Source: Paragordius varius (Eukaryota > Animalia > Nematomorpha). From it: DNA of 64,000 nucleotides. This document shows, piece by piece, positions 56,801 to 64,000 of this stretch (positions are counted from its first letter, which is position 1; each line of letters starts with the position of its first letter). Location of the stretch: the NCBI GenBank assembly GCA_964247055.1, contig OZ176055.1, positions 4,898,001-4,962,000 on the forward strand, in the 5' to 3' direction. The translations under genes were made by a program, and so were the position numbers. The notes under the pieces were generated by a model. It saw nothing but the letters and a program-made list of their open reading frames with translations, was not told the origin of the DNA and searched no databases.

Positions 56801-59800
56801 AGGCTCTTAGTCACCGCTAGATAAAATACTGTTTTTACATTCTCTTAGTAAAATTGCATCAAACTATACAGAGAGTTTAACAAACTGTTTCATATTCGAT
56901 TTATACCGATAATTAAATTAAAATCATGATGCATATCATAACATTAACTAGACTTTGCAATTAAAAATCGGCTCTTAGTCACCGCTCGATAAAATTACTA
57001 TTTTTACATTTCTCTTGTAAGTCTGCATTAATCACAGATAATATGACATGCGTATCATTACAGAATTAAACTTTGGAATTAAATATCGGAGATTAGTCAC
57101 CGTTAAACCATTTAGTGTTTTGACATTCTCTTAGGAAGTATACATCTAACTATACAGATAGTTTGACAAACTCTTTCATATCCAATTTTGACATAAATCA
57201 ATGTACAAAATCAGCATGTGTATCATTACATAAACTAGACTTTGCAATAAAAAATCGGCTCTTAGTCACCGCTAGATAAAATACTGTTTTTACATTCTCT
57301 TAGTAAGATTGCATCAAACTATACAGAGAGTTTAACAAACTGTTTCATATTCGATTTATACCGATAATTAAATTAAAATCATGATGCATATCATAACATT
57401 AACTAGACTTTGCAATTAAAAATCGGCTCTTAGTCACCGCTCGATAAAATTACTATTTTTACATTTCTCTTGTAAGTCTGCATTAATCACAGATAATATG
57501 ACATGCGTATCATTACAGAATTAAACTTTGGAATTAAATATCGGAGATTAGTCACGGTTAAACCATTTAGTGTTTTGACATTCTCTTAGGAAGTATACAT
57601 CAAACTCTTTCATATCCAATTTTGACATAAATCAATGTACAAAACAGCATACATTTCTTTTGGTAAGACTGCATTAATCACAAATAATATGACATGCGTA
57701 TCATTACAAAATTAAATTTTGGAATTAAATATCGGATATTAGACACCGTTGGACCATTTAGTGTTTTGACATTCTCTTAGTAAGTTTACATCAAACTATA
57801 CAGATAGTTTGACAAACTCTTTCATATCCAATTTTGACATAAATCAATGTACAAAATCAGCATGTGTATCATTACAAAAACTCGACTTTGCGATTAAAAA
57901 TCGGCTCTTAGCCACCGCTAGATAAAATTATTATTTTTACATTTCTTTTGGTAAGACTGCATTAATCACAAAAAATATGACATGCGTATCTTTACAGAAT
58001 TAAAGTTTGGAATTAAATATCGGATATTAGTCACCGTTAAACCATTTAGTGTTTTGACATTCTCTTAGGAAGTATACATCAAACTATACAGATAGTTTGA
58101 CAAACTCTTTCATATCCAATTTTGACATAAATCAATGTACAAAATCAGCATGTGTATCATTACATAAACTAGACTTTGCGATTAAAAATCGGCTCTTAGT
58201 CACCGCTAGATAAAATTACTATTTTTACATTTTTCTTGGTAAGACTGCATCGTTACAGCAATTAAACTTTACAATTGTAAAAAGCGAAAAGGAATTTATT
58301 ATTGCATATTGCATTATATATAGTTTTAAGACAAGGTTGCATTTTTGCATTAGGTTAAATATTACAATATTTAGATGAAAGAAGTCACAACAAAGTTATA
58401 TATTTGCATAAGGTTCAATATTACAGTATTTAGGTGAAAGCATTCACAACCAAGATAATATACTTTTTTAGCGTAACAAGGACAAAGGTGTATTATGCAC
58501 TAAGGTAAGAGAGAATAATATTATATTTTCATAAGTTAACTATTATAAGGTCATTGAGTTAAGTTAACAAAAACAATTAAGTTATATAACATGTCCCCGC
58601 TGACAAAATAGTGTTTTGACATTCTCTTAGTAAGAGTACATCAAACTATACAGATAGTTTGACAAACTCTTTCATATCCGATTTTGACAAAGATATTGTA
58701 AATCAATGTACAAAATAAGCATGTGTATCATTACATAAACTAGACTTTGCGATTAGAAATCGGCTCTTAGTCACCGCTCGATATACTTAGTAATTTTATA
58801 TTTCTCTTGTAAGACTGCATTAATCACAGATAATATGACATGCGTATCATTACAGAATTAAACTTTGGAATTAAATATCGGATATTAGACACCGTTGGAT
58901 CATTTAGTGTTTTAACATTCTCTTAGGAAGTATACATCAAACTATACAGATAGTTTGACAAACTCTTTCATATCCAATTTTAGCATAAATCAATGTATAT
59001 CAGCATGTGTATCATTACATAAACTCGACGTTGCGATTAAAAATCGGCTCTTAGCCACCGCTAAATAAAATTATTATTTTTACATTTCTTTTGGTAAGAC
59101 TGCATTAATCACAGATAATATGACATGCGTATCATTACAAAATTAAACTTTGGAATTAAATATCGGATATTAGTCACTGTTAAACCATTTAGTGTTTTGA
59201 CATTCTCTTAGGAAGTATACATCAAACTATACAGATAGTTTAACAAACTGTTTCATATTCGATTTTTACCGATAATTAAATTAAAATCATGATGCATATC
59301 ATAACATTAACTGGACTTTGCAATTAAAAATCGGCTCTTAGTCACCGCTCGATAAAATTACTATTTTTACATTTCTCTTGTAAGTCTGCATTAATCACAG
59401 ATAATATGACATGCGTATCATTACAGAATTAAACTTTGGAATTAAATATTGGAGATTAGTCACGGTTAAACCATTTAGTGTTTTGACATTCTCTTAGGAA
59501 GTATACATCAAACTATACAGATAGTTTGACAAACTCTTTCATATCCAATTTTGACATAAATCAATGTACAAAACAGCATACATTTCTTTTGGTAAGACTG
59601 CATTAATCACAAATAATATGACATGCGTATCATTACAGAATTAAACTTTGGAATTAAATATCGGAGATTAGTCACCGTTAAACCATTTAGTGTTTTGACA
59701 TTCTCTTAGGAAGTATACATCAAACTATACAGATAGTTTGACAAACTCTTTCATATCCAATTTTGACATAAATCAATGTACAAAATCAGCATGTGTATCA

Positions 59801-62800
59801 TTACATAAACTAGACTTTGCAATAAAAAATCGGCTCTTAGTCACCGCTAGATAAAATACTGTTTTTACATTCTCTTAGTATGATTGCATCAAACTATACA
59901 GAGAGTTTAACAAACTGTTTCATATTCGATTTATACCGATAATTAAATTAAAATCATGATGCATATCATAACATTAACTAGACTTTGCAATTAAAAATCG
60001 GCTCTTAGTCACCGCTTGATAAAATTACTATTTTTACATTTCTCTTGTAAGTCTGCATTAATCACAGATAATATGACATGCGTATCATTACAGAATTAAA
60101 CTTTGGAATTAAATATCGGAGATTAGTCACGGTTAAACCATTTAGTGTTTTGACATTCTCTTAGGAAGTATACATCAAACTCTTTCATATCCAATTTTGA
60201 CATAAATCAATGTACAAAACAGCATACATTTCTTTTGGTAAGACTGCATTAATCACAAATAATATGACATGCGTATCATTACAAAATTAAATTTTGGAAT
60301 TAAATATCGGATATTAGACACCGTTGGACCATTTAGTGTTTTGACATTCTCTTAGTAAGTTTACATCAAACTATACAGATAGTTTGACAAACTCTTTCAT
60401 ATCCAATTTTGACATAAATCAATGTACAAAATCAGCATGTGTATCATTACAAAAACTCGACTTTGCGATTAAAAATCGGCTCTTAGCCACCGCTAGATAA
60501 AATTATTATTTTTACATTTCTTTTGGTAAGACTGCATTAATCACAAATAATATGACATGCGTATCTTTACAGAATTAAAGTTTGGAATTAAATATCGGAT
60601 ATTAGTCACCGTTAAACCATTTAGTGTTTTGACATTCTCTTAGAAAGTATACATCAAACTATACAGATAGTTTGACAAACTCTTTCATATCCAATTTTGA
60701 CATAAATCAATGTACAAAATCAGCATGTGTATCATTACATAAACTACACTTTGCGATTAAAAATCGGCTCTTAGTCACCGCTAGATAAAATTACTATTTT
60801 TACATTTTTCTTGGTAAAACTGCATCGTTACAGCAATTAAACTTTACAATTGTAAAAAGCGAAAAGGAATTTATTATTGCATATTGCATTATATATAGTT
60901 TTAAGACAAGGTTGCATTTTTGCATTAGGTTAAATATTACAATATTTAGATGAAAGAAGTCACAACAAAGTTAGATATTTGCATAATGTTCAATATTACA
61001 GTATTTAGGTGAAAGCATTAACAACCAAGATAATATACTTTTTTAGCGTAACAAGGACAAAGGTGTATTATGCACTAAGGTAAGAGAGAATAATATTATA
61101 TTTTCATAAGTTAACTATTATAAGGTCATTGAGTTAAGTTAACAAAAACAATTAAGTTATATAACATGTCCCCGCTGACAAAATATTGTTTTGACATTCT
61201 CTTAGTAAGAGTACATCAAACTATACAGATAGTTTGACAAACTCTTTCATATCCGATTTTGACAAAGATATTGTAAATCAATGTACAAAATAAGCATGTG
61301 TATCATTACATAAACTAGACTTTGCGATTAGAAATCGGCTCTTAGTCACCGCTCGATATACTTAGTAATTTTATATTTCTCTTGTAAGACTGCATTAATC
61401 ACAGATAATATGACATGCGTATCATTACAGAATTAAACTTTGGAATTAAATATCGGATATTAGACACCGTTGGATCATTTAGTGTTTTAACATTCTCTTA
61501 GGAAGTATACATCAAACTATACAGATAGTTTGACAAACTCTTTCATATCCAATTTTAGCATAAATCAATGTATATCAGCATGTGTATCATTACATAAACT
61601 CGACGTTGCGATTAAAAATCGGCTCTTAGCCACCGCTAAATAAAATTATTATTTTTACATTTCTTTTGGTAAGACTGCATTAATCACAGATAATATGACA
61701 TGCGTATCATTACAAAATTAAACTTTGGAATTAAATATCGGATATTAGTCACTGTTAAACCATTTAGTGTTTTGACATTCTCTTAGGAAGTATACATCAA
61801 ACTATACAGATAGTTTAACAAACTGTTTCATATTCGATTTTTACCGATAATTAAATTAAAATCATGATGCATATCATAACATTAACTGGACTTTGCAATT
61901 AAAAATCGGCTCTTAGTCACCGCTCGATAAAATTACTATTTTTACATTTCTCTTGTAAGTCTGCATTAATCACAGATAATATGACATGCGTATCATTACA
62001 GAATTAAACTTTGGAATTAAATATTGGAGATTAGTCACGGTTAAACCATTTAGTGTTTTGACATTCTCTTAGGAAGTATACATCAAACTATACAGATAGT
62101 TTGACAAACTCTTTCATATCCAATTTTGACATAAATCAATGTACAAAACAGCATACATTTCTTTTGGTAAGACTGCATTAATCACAAATAATATGACATG
62201 CGTATCATTACAAAATTAAACTTTGGAATTAAATATCGGATATTAGACACCGTTGGACCATTTAGTGTTTTGACATTCTCTTAGTAAGTTTACATCAAAC
62301 TATACAGATAGTTTGACAAACTCTTTCATATCCAATTTTGACATAAATTAATGTACAAAATCAGCATGTGTATCATTACATAAACTAGACTTTGCGATTA
62401 AAAATCGGCTCTTAGTCACCGCTAGATAAAATTACTATTTTTACATTTTTCTTGGTAAGACTGCATCGTTACAGCAATTAAACTTTACAATTGTAAAAAG
62501 CGAAAAGGAATTTATTATTGCATATTGCATTATATATAGTTTTAAGACAAGGTTGCATTTTTGCATTAGGTTAAATATTACAATATTTAGATGAAAGAAG
62601 TCACAACAAAGTTATATATTTGCATAAGGTAATCAATGTACAAAATCAGCATGTGTATCATTACATAAACTAGACTTTGCAATTAAAAATAGGCTCTTAG
62701 TCACCGCTAGATAAAATACTGTTTTTACATTCTCTTAGTAAGATTGAATCAAACTATACAGAGAGTTTAACAAACTGTTTCATATTCAATTTTTACCGAT

Positions 62801-64000
62801 AATTAAATTAAAATCATGATGCATATCATAACATTAACTAGACTTTGCAATTAAAAATCGGCTCTTAGTCACCGCTCGATAAAATTACTATTTTTACATT
62901 TCTCTTGTAAGTCTGCATTAATCACAGATAATATGACATGCGTATCATTACAGAAAAACTTTGGAATTAAATATCGGATATTAGACACCGTTGGACCATT
63001 TAGTGTTTTGACATTCTCTTAGGAAGTATACATCAAACTATACAGATAGTTTGACAAACTCTTTCATATCCAATTTTGACATAAATCAATGTACAAAATC
63101 AGCATGTGTATCATTACATAAACTAGACTTTGCGATTAAAAATCGGCTCTTAGCTACCGCTAGATAAAATTATTATTTTTACATTTCTTTTGGTAAGACT
63201 GCATTAATCACAGATAATATGACATGCGTATCATTACAAAATTAAACTTTGGAATTAAATATCGGATATTAGTCACCGTTAAACCATTTAGTGTTTTGAC
63301 ATTCTCTAAGGAAGTATACATCAAACTATACAGATAGTTTGACAAACTCTTTCATATCCAATTTTGACATAAATCAATGTACAAAATCAGCATGTGTATC
63401 ATTACATAAACTAGACTTTGCGATTAAAAATCGGCTCTTAGTCACCGCTAGATAAAATTACTATTTTTACATTTTTCTTGGTAAGACTGCATCGTTACAG
63501 CAATTAAACTTTACAATTGTAAAAAGCGAAAAGGAATTTATTATTGCATATTGCATTATATATAGTTTTAAGACAAGGTTGCATTTTTGCATTAGGTTAA
63601 ATATTACAATATTTAGATGAAAGAAGTCACAACAAAGTTATATATTTGCATAAGGTAATCAATGTACAAAATCAGCATGTGTATCATTACATAAACTAGA
63701 CTTTGCAATTAAAAATAGGCTCTTAGTCACCGCTAGATAAAATACTGTTTTTACATTCTCTTAGTAAGATTGCATCAAACTATACAGAGAGTTTAACAAA
63801 CTGTTTCATATTCGATTTATACCGATAATTAAATTAAAATCATGATGCATATCATAACATTAACTAGACTTTGCAATTAAAAATCGGCTCTTAGTCACCG
63901 CTCGATAAAATTACTATTTTTACATTTCTCTTGTAAGTCTGCATTAATCACAGATAATATGACATGCGTATCATTACAGAATTAAACTTTGGAATTAAAT
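44900..64000 (+). repeat. Second copy of a large intra-array segmental duplication of ~6305-37737
   Basis: Collinear shared rare variants occur at piecewise-constant offsets: 38578 (GAAAAGGTAT ~6402/44981, GACTTTAA 7393/45971), 39033 (8312/47345, 10441/49474), 31389 (18801/50190, 20179/51568), 28930 (26261/55191 through 33533/62463) and 26263 (CTCTAAGG 37041/63304). Confidence 0.88.
53038..53045 (+). other. Empty paralogous target site of the hAT insertion
   Basis: Single ATTTAGTG. The left flank aligns to the first copy at offset 31389 (shared rare variant TATCAATACAG at ~21114 and ~52503). The right flank aligns at offset 28930 (shared rare variants at 29041/57971, 30951/59881, 31081/60011). 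The offsets differ by 2459, which equals element plus TSD. Confidence 0.9.

Larger units (their letters stand above)
24108..64000 (+). repeat. Complex satellite array, right segment, continuing past the window end
   Basis: Same monomers, same orientation and same register. It resumes exactly at the duplicated ATTTAGTG after the hAT element. Confidence 0.97.

Noticed and set aside
2777-64000. CRISPR-like repeat-spacer array
   Set aside because: The variable cassettes are a few recurring types rather than unique spacers, the units are 118-360 bp, there are no cas genes, and the context is eukaryotic.
2777-64000. Repetitive protein-coding gene, rDNA/tRNA/snRNA tandem cluster, or telomerase-type repeat
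   Set aside because: There is no ORF of 60 aa or more in any frame within the array interior, no recognisable structured-RNA motif and no short G-rich telomeric unit. A non-canonical subtelomeric role cannot be excluded from this window.
2777-64000. Helitron-derived tandem repeat (CTAG within monomers)
   Set aside because: CTAG occurs, but I found no GC-rich subterminal hairpin or TC 5' end in the right arrangement, so there is insufficient support without a database search.

Overview
AT-rich eukaryotic non-genic DNA (arthropod-like by inference from its transposon content). Bases 1-2776 are non-repetitive flank containing a decayed Mos1-type mariner on the minus strand, with one TIR still recognisable. 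From about 2777 to the window end lies one head-to-tail complex satellite array. It is built from related monomers (169, 168 and 118 bp, a 212-bp fusion, and a ~170/~360-bp module seen about 35 times) that share a conserved skeleton and follow near-fixed adjacency rules. They are organised into nested higher-order repeats (455, 1382, 1594, 2667, 5005, 5666 bp) up to a duplicated block of tens of kb (~6.3-37.7 kb repeated at ~44.9-64 kb). A single 2451-bp hAT (Charlie/Buster-type) transposon is inserted at 21657-24107 with an 8-bp TSD (ATTTAGTG). Its 609-codon transposase frame is broken by one in-frame TAA, and the paralogous empty site is present at 53038-53045. No intact host gene, RNA gene or CRISPR array was found, and I see no evidence for a new protein-coding system. 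The notable biology is the satellite architecture and its readable order of rearrangements. All coordinates and offsets were read by eye, not computed.
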